Shown here: positions 25,207 through 38,400 of the stretch, piece by piece
How the letters are laid out: each line of letters opens with the position of its first letter
Position numbering within the stretch: the stretch's first letter is position 1
NCBI GenBank assembly: GCA_973851085.1
Contig: OZ316775.1
Coordinates: 9,610,001 to 9,674,000, forward strand
From: Ptychomitrium polyphyllum
Lineage: Eukaryota
DNA length: 64,000 bases
Reading direction: 5' to 3'
Notes under the pieces: generated by a model
Databases searched by the model: none
The model's input: only the letters and a program-made list of their open reading frames with translations
Told to the model about the DNA's origin: nothing
Program-made: the position numbers and the translations under genes

Positions 25207-26004
25207 TGAAAACCAGAGATGCAATTTTCTACATCAGGAAGTGGTTAAATCTCCATCAGGATTTGTAGACGTTTAATGTGTTTGAGAACGAAAAGTAGGA
25301 GCAATGATTTGAATGAAGAGGAACAATGTACCAAGTATCCAGGGAGTAGGAACGAAAAAGCTTCATACCTCAGAAACAAGGGCCGTGCGATGTGTGATGC
25401 TAAAGCAGAAGCTGATGAACAGTTCAAACAAGTGTTATACAATTCTCTCATTCAAGAACTGCTCAAGCATCAAACAAGTTTGACATGAATTTTTTTCAAA
25501 ACACAACCAACGGATAACTCAAATTCTCTACAGGAGACTCTTCACCCAAACCTTCTAGCTAATTTCATAAACACAAAAGCCTCCGGTAAGTTCACCAAGT
25601 TGCTTCAACAGAAATCACGTCCAGAAATGGTCCAGAGTGCTAATCACTATGCGGAATTTAAAAAGAAACACCTTATTTTCGTAAAGTCTGAACAACCCCT
25701 ATTCACAGGGTTTCGGATTTCCAACTAAAATAAACATCAACATAACACTTGCTTCTGTTAAGCTCAGATTGAAGTTTGCTCTATTCTATAAACCAATCAC
25801 TGCACACTAGTGTTGTGCATGCATCTATCGAGTGTGTTGAGTACTCTATGACTGTCCCTGTAGACATAAACTTCAACAATTGGTGAGAAACTCAGGACCG
25901 GTTTAAAAAAGTCAATTTTTCATGTCTAAATGAATTCCTGAGTTGAAAAACTAATGCAAACATTTTAGAAGTGGCAGTTGGATCCACTACCTTATCATAA
26001 CTCT

Positions 26005-26558
26005 TTACCCAACAGCGGCCGCGTTGCTGCTTTCCGCAGATTCCTTGACTGCGATATCCTGGGAGCTCACATCCGGAATCGTCTGCACGCACAGACGAGA
26101 TTATAGAAAACGATGGTGAGAAACTGGGTTTAGGGTTTAAGGTTTCATATGAACAACTGCAAGAAGGAAAAGAATTGGAACTATCGTTGTAAAATCGCCG
26201 AATGTTCTCTCTCTGAAATTAGGGTACGACATTTCTGTGACTAGTGAAAACTCCCGAAGCCAGGAATTGCGACAGGAATACCAATCTCGCAGAGACAGAC
26301 GAAGTTAGAGTTTCAAACCTCCCCAACAGACCTCAAGAGATCAACGCAATCGCGGAGAAAGAGAAGTTGTGGGGTTCCAAGCAAGCGAAGTGCAAACGAG
26401 CAGGAACAGAGAACAAAACTTACCAAATCGGGTTTGAAAATGTTGTGCACCACCGCGGCGCCAGTAAGAAGAGACGTGACGGAGACCATGTAAGAGAGCG
26501 CCATGCTGGGGCTCTTGATCACCTGCGTCGGCACCTTGCTAACCGCCGCGACAGCCAT
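26005..26558 (-). CDS. BRAWNIN/UQCC6 (C12orf73, DUF4516)-like mitochondrial microprotein, 70 aa
   Basis: Two exons, 26558-26424 (donor GTAAGT) and 26082-26005 (acceptor TGCAG), give MAVAAVSKVPTQVIKSPSMALSYMVSVTSLLTGAAVVHNIFKPDLTIPDVSSQDIAVKESAESSNAAAVG*. It has a single hydrophobic helix followed by the GAxVVHxxxxPDLTIP family motif. Confidence 0.85.
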
Positions 26559-28406
26559 GGCACACGATTTCCTGCGACAACAGAATTCAGCCAACTTCCA
26601 AGAGCTTCACGCCTGTATGGCTGACTTCATAGATGATAACAGAACGCATCCCTCTTCATTCATCGCCCTCGGAAAACAAACCCCAGTTTGAAAAATCATG
26701 GAAGTCTTAATTTTCGATCGACTCTGCATTATTGTCGAAGGTTTTGAATCGTTTCTCACGGTTTCTACATAGCGTTTGAAAACGAGTGTGGGATGCACAA
26801 TATGTGACAAGAAACGGGAAATTCGTATTCAGAACTTTACTGAGTCCAAGCTGAAGGGCATGAGGTGAAAAAGGTTGAGCTGGTATACATTCTTACACAG
26901 CTAGTGCATCGGCATACACACCCGCGTTATCACTATGCCAGAAGATAAAAGGAGATGCGGGCGACAGTATAGTGAGCAAGAGAGTGCAGTGAGCATATTA
27001 GATTAGGTCTGTACAGTTGTTCTGGTGGGCATATCATGTGTAGTGACGTTGCAATGTTCTTCGAAGCATTCTGGGATGTGCATCAATGTCAACTTAGGAG
27101 TGTACGTTGTGCTGCATTCGGTAGAGGATAAAAGACAACAGATGGCCATGGCAAAAGTTCTAGTTGACATCTGGTTGTGAAAGGAAAACTTAACCTCAGC
27201 TGGTCTGGCCTTCACCTTCTAGCGGTGAAAGACTGGGCAGCACTGACCTTGCTCTTCCTCCAGGGAAATTTGCTTTTGAAAGTGTAACTGTAGGAATAGT
27301 GATCCATACCCGGTCAATTGAAATCTTGCCAACAAAATTCCCCAACCATCACAATTCATGATGTCTACAACTGTTACTCCGCATGAACAAAAGTATGGCT
27401 ATTTGACGAGCTCTCATCTTCACAAGTTCCATCTCCTATTTGGTTGAAAGTGTGTAGGAGCAGTCGTTATCCCAGAGCTCCACAGGTGCGATTTCAAATC
27501 TCTTTTGCAGGTAGTTCTCCACTTGCTATGCAAACGCTCCTTAAGTTTCACCACAACCATTATGATTTGGCAGCTCTGCAAAGCTGGATTCCTGGAAGAA
27601 ACTTACAGTGGTAAGAAAATAGGTGTTGGTCTGCCAGTTGCACTGGTATCCCCATTTCTTAGCAGATTCTTAAAGCTGGGCTGTGGATGCAGCAAACCCG
27701 AGATCCCAGAATTTGCAGACATGTGGCAAGCTATGGCCTGACTTGGCCTCTTCGCCAGGTAAGCGCAATACAAATCTGAAAGTGGCGGTGATTTGTGCTG
27801 AATCATTTACATACTACCGTACCTGGTACGCATCACCAGTCAACCCAATATACTATAACTTAACTAAAAATCACGGTTCGGAGTAGGTCCTATTGAAGTT
27901 TGGAGCTGAGTCACCAGTCTAAAAGTCAATTCGAACGAACATGATGCAGGAGTTTGCTGGTTCGCTGTCCAACTTTGCAGCCATATCCGACCCTTCAAGG
28001 ACCCACAAGTGTTCAGCCAGTGGACGAAATGGTCGTGCTCGCCACCATGTTTCTGCTCCATCCGCCACCTGTCTCCATATGTGTTTAATGTTCCGAGATT
28101 TAGAGGTGCTTCCTGGTATCTTTAGCATCTGAGATGATCGTGATCGTCCACGTTGCGGGATCCAAGGCGCCTGTTGGAAGCTAGGGGACGTTAGGGAGTG
28201 ACTCGCATATATATGAAAATGCCAGAACTTCCATTCCAAGTGTATACGATAGTTTTCCAGATCTCACCTTCTCTTCTCGCTTCATCGACAACTCTTTTGT
28301 GTACAGTATTCAAGGATCTCACTTTGTAGGTCGTTTGTAGATTGACAGGCACGAGCTTTGCATTGACTGTGAGAAGTGTGTACTTCGTTCATTGCCAAGG
28401 TTTGAG

Positions 28407-28877
28407 ATGGAGGGGTTGAGGCACACAGATGCAAAAGTGTACGCAGCTACTCACCCTGGTGTGCGAGCCAGAGGACATGTTAACAGGTACTACAGCCTTC
28501 TCGCTTAACTAGATTCTGAGAACTGTCATTGTTCATTTTTCAGTATCCGTGGTTGTTTGTGTATGCTTGCATTGTATCATACTGGGTTATATAGTTGATT
28601 TGGCTTAGTACTGTTTTTTAATCACTACAGCATGAAACTGATTTGTTGTGCATTTTAATGCAGGTACAACCCTAGGTTGAGGTGGAAACTTAGCAGGTAC
28701 AACCCCATGAACAGGTTCCGGCTGGCCAAGTACAAGACCACCCATCCCGTTGAGTTTCAAAAGGCGAGAGCAAGGAGCCGGTTCAACTACATGAACCCCT
28801 TGTTCTACATCCGTCGAATCAAGAACAATCTCTCTCACGCAGGTCGGAGACATCACACAACGACCACTGTCTACTGA
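28407..28877 (+). CDS. Small basic protein of unknown function with internal repeats, 97 aa
   Basis: ATG at 28407. Exon 1 28407-28486 (AG|GTACT) and exon 2 28664-28877 (TGCAG|) join in phase to 294 nt: MEGLRHTDAKVYAATHPGVRARGHVNRYNPRLRWKLSRYNPMNRFRLAKYKTTHPVEFQKARARSRFNYMNPLFYIRRIKNNLSHAGRRHHTTTTVY*. I recognise no family. Confidence 0.65.
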
Positions 28878-30932
28878 GAAGGCTGAGTTAAGTTCATTCG
28901 CGCTTGAGGGGTACAAAGGTCTCGAAAATCCCTAAGAATAAAATTCAGTAAGTTGATGTTTACATCTTGTGTATGTACAATATTCTAGTAGAAGGCAATG
29001 AGAGACTCCACAGGTAGCATTCAGGAGTAGTCGGAAAGCTCATTTTGAGTCTGGCTGGTTGTTGAAGGTTTGCATGTTTATGTAAAGAAATTTTGAGATG
29101 CATGCATCCCTTTTTAAGTATGAGGGTGTCCGTTCGTGTTCATACAGCACATGCGTTTATTTAAGTTATTAAATGCTTTCTGTTTCCTGTGACTGGATTG
29201 TTCTGGGCATATGAGTTGGAGGGATGTAAGTCTCAGATTGGCTTGACAAATTAGATGTGATGGTATATGTTCAGTATTTCATGTTGCTTGCTACTGAGTT
29301 AGGTGAATGTCATCTCGATAATTGAACGAGAAATATCTCTATGTTCTCGGCAATTTCAAGGCTTTTGCAATTTCAACTCTTGCTCGTTCTGTTATCAATT
29401 CAGTACACACCTTCTTTTTTAAGAGACTTAATTTGACAGACATTTTAGTCTGTAGCAAAAGTAGTCGGTCAATTTCTGCATTAGCGAGGAAATTGATCTG
29501 AACTCTAATCTGCATTTGTACATTATGAAATTAGCAAGAAATTGATGTACAGGACAAGTGAACAGAGTCCAAATTCTACATGCTACGTCCAGGACATTGC
29601 AAACAAGGCTGTTTTCAGGTGGTATCAACGTTGAGGAGACACGCGAAAATGAATAAACCTGAGTACAACACGCTTTGTTCGAACAAATGGATAATGAGCT
29701 CCGTACAACATACTCGTACTAATTGTGTAAATTTGTAGCAAGTAACGCCTTGATGAATTCCACGTCAATAAGCTTTTGATTTTATAAAGCACCCAGTGGT
29801 TTCGTTAAAACTTCTGAAGTTGCAGCAAATGATATTCTTTGGTTAACAAGGTCGAAAACTTGGTATTACGCAGCTACAGTGTTTTCGCAATCCATAGGGG
29901 CCCTGAGACAAAGACGGGTTTGTGATCTTTCCATACACAGACCTGCCGGGAGCAGGACTGCGTTCATTATCACAACAATCTTTGGCAATGGAGGATCACC
30001 CATCCTCATTGATATAATGAAGCCAACGAAGCTCTACGTTAGATGAGGCAGGAAAAAATGTCTCCTTCATTCCAGGGTAACCCGTTACCTTTGCGAAAGA
30101 ATGTCGACCACTCCCTGCTGCAAGGTGCTACCAGTGTTTTCCAGAGTTAAACCAAATGCAGAGTGTGTTATCCCGAAAGTGGTGAATTGAGAGATGGATA
30201 TGAAAAGTTAACCCGCGAACGTATAATTTTGATGGAGCGTGGGAAGGATTATTGACAAACTTACTCCGTCTTGGCTGCGAAAGAAACGCATTCTCACACA
30301 AGACGCTTGCGATTTATAACTAGTAACTGGAGAAAATCTAGGCAAGTTTATGAGTGCTGGAGTGTGTGTATAAACGGGTTTCCTGATTGTTCTGTCAATG
30401 TTAAACAGTGAGTTACAATCTTAGGGAATGAGATGCTCCCGAGGTAGCTTTCAAGAGTGGTCGAAAAGCTTGCTCACAGAGGCTGGTCAGTGCGGATCAT
30501 GTCGCTGGACCCCTTCGAAAATGTAGGAAAGTGTTGGACAGCCGAAAAACAGTCACTAAGTGAGCCCGTGTACATCACCTTGCATGACATTAGTTCCTGA
30601 CCAAAGGGAGGAGTTGCTAACACTAAATAGATATAGCAGATCAAACTTGTTGAATGATAGCATGGACATTTACATTTAAACTATATGATATGGTAGCGGA
30701 CATACTTATACACCTATTCTATAACAGTTCAGTAGAGATAGTTACACATAAACCTTCCGCAGGCTAGTTTCGCTTCACAGGGCCACTTCGTAGTTGACGT
30801 AGGAGCACAACGTTAGCCAGGAAGAAAGAAAGTCGAATTTCAAAGTTGACGAATCGACCCGAACTAGGGAAGCATTTTGAAATCAGAGTGGTAACAGCAG
30901 GAAACACTCCTACATGATGCAACAACGTGATG

Positions 30933-33900
30933 CTAGCTCAATGGTCGCCCCACAATCGGCGCCTCCAATACAGAACCCATGCGTGATAGCAGAAATTCCT
31001 GAAGGACAGCAACAATGAAGAGTTCCTTCAAATCATACTTCGGTTGATATGATTTATCAAGGATGCAAAACCTTTACAGGAGCTAAGCTCTGGTGGTATG
31101 GTCTTATGCCGATAGTGTTAAGTGACACTATACTAAGATTCAGGTTAAGCAAAACTAGCAATGTCAAGAGAAACAAAACAAATTTATGACCCCTATGAGC
31201 GAACTAATCGTAGAAGTCTTGCAGAGCTGCGATTCTTTTAAGTCCTTAAATAAGGGAGGCTAAATGATTAAGAAGGATATCTGTTCTGAGGCCATTCGAA
31301 GGACTTGAAGAGAAAAGCTGTTCAACAAACAAAAAGTTTAGCAAGCAACCTTCAGATCAGAACTATGATCTGAGTCCTGAGGATTTTGATGAATGGCCAG
31401 TAGGGCTGATTGATAGAAGTTGACGACTGCTAAGGGCACAACAAAGGAAGGGGGCTATCTATGATAAGAACTGGTGTGAGTTAAGTTCATACGCAGCGGA
31501 GTCAATGAGCTCCGTGCAGCTCCTACAGCTCCTAGTGGTAAATTCTGGTTTCCGTCTCCTGCGAGTTCATCCTCAAGCTTTCCATTTATCAATTTATTCT
31601 GCCAACCACAGTCAAATATGTAAGTACAAACAATTTCGAAGACACCGCGTAAATATACACTAACATGTTCAAGTGTTCAGACGTAATAGCTACGTGATAG
31701 CAATTAGATCGTAGGACGTCAAGAAATCTTCGAACCTTAGAACAAGCAAGTCAGACGTACAACGCGACGACTTTGCATTTGCTCTTGCACAGTTGGGAGT
31801 ACACACTACATTCATTGAGGAAATGAATTCTAATAAGTGCTCTCCTAGAAAGAGATGTTCCATCTGAATATTTTTTCCTCTGTACAGTCAAACAAATAAC
31901 TTCGGAGTTTGATACATTCGGCATATGGACTGCAGACTCCCAAGCACTACAGAAAAGCACGACTGCGAAGAGAAGGAAAAGGTACTCGCGAAGAGTACAC
32001 ACCCAGGGGTTCAGGGCATTTGTGCCATGCATGCAGAGTTGTATAAAAGCTTACTCCTCTGGAAATGAATGGGGAATAAGAATAGCCGAGACACGAATTG
32101 CATTTAACCTTCAGCAGTAATCGAAGCTCTTTATTCTCCTCTGCTAACAAATATACCTACACATCACAAAGAACAGATTCAGAATTCAAATTCAATTTTC
32201 ACACGTGGTTTTGTCGCTTGCACTAATAACAGGATCCAATTATCGCAAGTTCCACATTCAGTACCCCACAACACAAACACCTTCACCGCTGTAAGTATAT
32301 GCAGACATTGAAACTGGAAATTCTGTGAATCAGAAACTCTGAGAGCTTAACTAGAGAGATAAACATTGCTGAGCCTCCATACGACAATAGCAGGTGACGG
32401 CTTGGCTAGAGCAGCAGCACTGCACCATGCACGTTTATAAAGCAATGCCAAGATATAGAGCAGAAGTACCTGCTCTTGAGCTCTATCAAGATTACTCTTG
32501 CATATAGCCACTTCCTGCTTCAAGGCGTCTGCCTCCATTAGCAAGGATTTCATACCTTTCTCGGCCACCTTCATCCTGTGTCCAAGGTTTCAACCACCTG
32601 GTCAACAAGCAGTTATAAGAAAAAGGGATACATAGATGTTGATGTACTGCGCACGAACCTTATGGAACACACTGAAAACCACAATCGGAACATCATCACT
32701 TTAGATGAAAGGCCACTGATTGGCGATGCCTGTGTACCTTTCACGCCCAACTTCGCCTTCAGTCCATTTCTTTAGAAGCCTGAAGATCGATACAATCGAA
32801 GAACATTACATTCTGAACATTATAGCGCAGGTATTTCATCAGATAAGACTACGATTTTCTGAACAGCTATCAACAAAAGCTATGCAGGACAACCGCTAAA
32901 CCGCTTTACCGTTGTGCAAGCAGGAAGCTTTAAATCGATACTCATAAGAAAACTTATGTATGCCAATTCTCATGATGCAGGAAAGTTACTCACGCCTAAG
33001 GCTACTTCATGTATTGGCTGCTCAAACCATCGCAGTATTAATGTGTCCGGTTTCGAGAGTACAACCAGGTCATCGTGAACCACAATGATGGAACACAACT
33101 TACCTCTCGCGGCTCGACCGGAACTCCCCTTGCATACGTTTTAAAATGGCCTTAAAATGGACGTTGAGAGAGGAAATAGCTTCGTCTCTTTCCTGCTCAA
33201 GTGCCTTAATCGCTCCAGCTGAGATGGCAGATGACACCATACTGGAAACACTCATCTCATCTCTAGCGTCTTCCATTGCCGTGCAGGCTTCCTGTATTCT
33301 CTTGAGTTCCACTAAAGTTTCCTCATACCGCTATATAGACAAACCAACGACAGAGCTAAGTCCGCAATACCAATTGAACAACCGCACAGTAGCATGCCAG
33401 ATTATAAAATAACAAAATCCTAACTCTCGTATCACGACCCAATTGAGAGGGTTCCATAAGGAATACTTGGACTGTTGCATCCTGGAGTAGATCGAGACTA
33501 GGAAATACTCTTATTTCTCTTTTTGCCCCACAAGCACTTGAAAGTGACTATCTGGCGATAGCCTAATAAGGTTCTCGTACAAGTAAAACATTCTGAAACT
33601 CTGGAGCATCTACCTAGGGACTAATCAATATAGATACGAGAAAACTAGTTGTACCTGGTTCGCCTTGGAAAGTAGGGCCTCGAGCTGCAAATTCTGTTCT
33701 CTCACAAGCTCGTGTGCTTTCTTTTTCTCCATGTCAACAAACGATCTGACAGTGTCTGCCTCATCTTGCAGTCTGCAGCCCGAGAAAGACACGCTACAGG
33801 TCAATTACGGTCCTCTCGGTTAATCTATTTAAGATGAAGAGCTTTCATGCAATATTGGAATTCGATTTACCTCTGTAAATTCTCTTCCAAATCTGCAAGC

Positions 33901-35449
33901 TTGAGCCTTAGAGCAGGTACATCTTCCTCATCAAAATTCTGAAAGACTCACCACTGTTAATATTTTTATTGGCGACATTCTGCATACTACTCAAGCTTGG
34001 CACACTACCAAAAAGAACTTGCAATACCAAAAATTTGTATTTCTAAAACTTAAGCTCTAGTACAAGTTCCTACCAGAACTTGCTCAGCCAACACCCGCAG
34101 AGTGCGCGTTGCAATACCAAAAAAATCACGAGTCTCTAAGGTTGCGAGACGATAAAAAGCACCTCAACTGGTAAAGGATGCACTGCTGATGTAGACCCTC
34201 TGATATTTTCGAGTTCCTGCAGGAGCTCTTCCATTCTTCGATTGGCTTCGTCAGCCCTGTCTTCGGCTAGGGCTGCCCTCTCTTCGGCCTCGTCGGCGAC
34301 TTCCATGAACACTTCCCGGTCATTGTGATACAGATTGCACTCATTTTCTAAGCGCGTGCATTCTTGGGTCAGAGCCTCGCAATCTAAAGTCAGTGACTTG
34401 CATTCTGCCGCAAGTCTCTGGGTATCAGCCACTTGTCTCTTCAATGCTTGGGCATTTAGAGCGGCCTCCTCCTGCGGCATCAGAAGCACGCTTAGCTCGT
34501 GACGACCGGAATCCATTCCATAGCATTGCCTAAGCAGTCATGCTTCTGCTGATTGCTTGCTGTCAAACCAAGCTTACGGTTATTCTGTACGCAGGAGATG
34601 ATCGCTAAGATTATACTGCAAAGAAGACGTGCTGCAAACTAAACTAGATAAATAGCCGTCGAAATTCTATTCAACGTGTAAGTACTTCTCCACTTGCCCT
34701 CTGACCCCCTTTACCAACTAAAATGACTGAAATTGCTAAAGGTGTTTAAGACAACTGCCGAGGTTTGTTGTCATACAGATGAGGTAAAAGCCAACACGAT
34801 TGAGAATGTCACACATATAACAGCACAGAAACAGAGCGGATGATTGCCTTACGACGTAGATTGGGCTGGGGTACCGATATATGACATCACAGCTATATCT
34901 TACAGAATTGCGGGGAGTATCAGATTCATCATAATTTCTCCGAATGCATGTATTTTAACACAAATACCAGCCACACAATGTTCTCATATCATCGTAAAGG
35001 AATGCAAATTGATATATCGGGCTTGGCATCAGTGATTCCTCGACAGGTAGACAGAACATCGTTGCTGGCATGTGTGTAATTCTTTTCACTAACGGCATAC
35101 TGGCGATCCCTAGAGTCGACTACGAATATCAGGACCAAGCAGAAACAGCTCTCTTCAAACTATAGCGAGTTTAACAAGGTTTGCAACATCAAGAAATTTT
35201 ACCAAGGGTGAATGCAGAGTTGAGACGTACCCTGGATTTCGCGCATCTCAAATCTGCCTCATTAAGCCGCCGTAGAAGCACATAAACTTGTTCTTGGAGC
35301 TGTCGTTGAGAATCCACTGCTTCCGCAAACTTCACATCCCAGTGATCCTGACAAGAACAAGACTGAAGCATCCGGCAGACAGTGTCCTCCACATACCTAT
35401 CTACCTCTGCCGGCAAAGCCGTCGCGGCGTCCTCGTCGTACCTGTCCAT
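30933..35449 (-). CDS. Plant coiled-coil protein of unknown function (resembles the At4g09060/At1g14680-type family); 3' exons uncertain
   Basis: In-phase exons 35449-35231, 34471-34163, 33938-33871, 33772-33655, 33330-33104, 32575-32470 and 32156-32109. Motifs: LPAEVDRYVEDTV, EAALNAQALKRQV, CTRLENECNLYHNDREVFMEVADEAEERA, VYLLAEENKELR. Tentative 3' exons lie near 31880-31770, 31598-31493, 31427-31350 and 30998-30933. Confidence 0.8.
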
Positions 35450-38400
35450 AGTTTCTCCCTAACTCAAGGATCACAAAATGTAGCCTAACTCCCCGAGATA
35501 GCTAAGAAGAAACTAGTAAGCGAACGATGTCAACCTCTCCGCTTCCCCGTTACCTCCTCTCAAAATTCTCTCCCGTATGATGAAAAACACCGCACCTCTT
35601 CTTCTTCATAAGCAAGTAAGTTACCTGCAGAGATGGCCTCGCAATTGCACGCAAAAGCAAAATTCTATCTAAAAAATGGCTACACTCTACGAAAATCCGA
35701 TCAATAGTCGCATCCAAACGACCTACGCTAGAAAAACGCATTCGTGTCAACAAAACCTCCTACACCAGACTCCACAGCACACAGCAGAGATACAATTCAC
35801 TCTCCCGGAGCTCAATTCCTTTCTTAAAAACTGACAAAAGCTAAAAATCAATCCGCAGCGCAAAATCAACAACACTGGCTTCCTCACCAGTATTGCCACA
35901 CTAACACGATCGCGTAATGAGCGCATCCGTGATCACCTCCTGTTGACAGGAAAACACACGCAAACGAGGAGCGCCGAGCTTCGGAAGGCCGACCCCGGAA
36001 CGACAAACCAGAGCGAAAGGAGAGACGTGGAGAAGATCGCCAGATTCTTCCGAAAGCGCTGGTTCACAACAAACGTGAATGCGAGATCCAACAAGTGCAT
36101 AGCTTCCTCAAATGATCGCTTCTGGCGGTCACAATCGAAAAGCAGAAGCAATGACGAGCAAAGAGAGGCAGAAGAACGTGGAGGAGGCGGAGCAAGCTCT
36201 GAAGAGCACTTCCGCCTGGCGTCTCACAGCGTCTCGGGTCGTCCGAAAGCGTCTGTGGACGTCTGCGATCGTCTGCGGGCCAAGGAGGCGCTCGAGAACT
36301 GTTCAATGTTGAGCCCAGAGGGCGTCTGCGGGCATCTGTGAGTGTCTGTGAGGATCGTCAAGCGAAGTGACTGATCGAGAGCGGTTGAGCTTGGCTTCTG
36401 CGAGCATCTAAGGGCTACCCGCAGGCAACGCAAGCACTCAAAAGCAGTTGAAAGTCGCGTCTGAGGGCGTCTGCGGGCGTCTCGGGGCAAGCGAGCGCTC
36501 GAGAGCTGTTGGGCACTGGCGTCGGAGGTTGTTCGAGGGCGTTAGAGGGCGGCTGCGGCCGTTTGAAGGGCGGGTGTCTAACGGTAGGATTGGGCAGACA
36601 ACGGTCAGGGTGCCAGGCGTGAGCCGCCTAAAGTTGGTGGAATCCTGGCTATCATGGCCTAAATAAAAAGGTCGCTAAGGCAAGATTCTCTGAGGAGCCA
36701 GTCTGGTGTGCTCGAGGTGGAGATGTATTGCAGGAGCTGCGGCAGAGTTATAGCCATCGGAGTCGAGCCTGGTCACTGCCCACCGATAATTCCTGGCGGA
36801 GCAGCTTTGTGGCGACTGGACGCACCAGTTCCCAATTTCTGAATGCTTTGATTGATGCGCACGATTCAGAGAGAAAAGGAACGCTAATTTCGAGGAGACT
36901 GGCTCACAGGACTTTACGACAACCATAGTTTATGTCCACCTGGTAAAACCCGGTAGTGAAGAACTTCGAAAGAAACCTTAGTTTTGAGACAGAACAGAGT
37001 TGTCCCTCCAGTCCTCCTTGAATAGGAAAGTTTTGTAAAATATTTTTGCCATAAAAGTAATAAAGATGTGTTTTGTGTGCATTTTGTTGAATTGTTGAAG
37101 ATACTCTATGATGTTGGCATGATTGGGCAATTTTATACCTTGGATTTTCTTGAAAACTACTCAAATTTTTCCAAGTCAATCCTTAATTTGTCCTTGGTGC
37201 CAAAACTTTGCCAACCAAGAGTATTTTAATGCTTATGCCATAAATTATTAAAGATTGTTAAAGATTGTTATTTATAAAGATAGTATACTCTAAAAACACA
37301 AGGTGATGAAATGTTACTTAAGAAGAAACTCTAATGAGTATCATATATAAGATTGTTTATTTTTAAACCATTAACTTAAGAAATTTTTGGTTTTTTAATA
37401 AAGTTGTAAAAAAACACACTAATAGGAAAAAAGGTTTCATTATGAATGTATGTTTTTTTAACAGTTTTATTCAAATACATGAAATACTACAAATCTTTGA
37501 AACAATAAATGATGGATTGAATATGACAAGCTTTAATATTAGCCACAACCAAGCTTTTTTTATTCTTACTTCTCAACCCAATCATTTGGTACATTCATTA
37601 AACGTTTTTTAGCCTTAATTTATTTTTTATTAACTTTTACAAAGGAAAGAGATGTTGAGAATTATTTGCCTACATGCTAGATTCATTGTGATTCCATATG
37701 CATTTAGGAAGGGGATTGTGTAAATTGCATAAGTGCTATAATTCTTATAAAGTTTTTATACATTTTATAAACATGAAATTTAAGCCATTGCATTTTTAAG
37801 AGCCTGAAAAGCTTACTTTCCATAATTCAAGTGGTGGTGTCAAAATATATGTCTTTGTGCAATAAATAAAAGGCTTTTTGTTGAAATAAATCAAAATTCT
37901 TTATTCTTGTTTGTATGTTTTTTTTGTAGCTTAAATATTTGTTTTAATTAAATATGTTTCAAATATTCACCAATACAAAATTTACATTGAAATGTCCAAC
38001 TCTAATTCCAATTCAAATATCACAATATATTACCACCTATTCCTTGTACGATTTCACCCCCTCCTCTTCTACTAAACTTATACCATCTAATGAGGTCTTT
38101 TATCCTTTATTCCTCAAAAACAAGCTTTTGTGCCAAATGGAGCACTTGAGATTACTTCTATTTGTTTAAATGGATACATTTATACGCCTTCTATTAGTTG
38201 TTAATTGAAAAAAGAATCTAAACTTGGACTTTAAAAATTGTAATGGCATTGGAAATGCAAGTTATAGTGGCATTAGAAATACATGTCATAATGGCATTTG
38301 TAATTATATAATAATTAGCATATTATTGTCACTAGAGTTTTTTTTTTTATAGTGACATAAGCCTTATTTACTTAGCCATGGCCACTATAGAGTTGAATTT

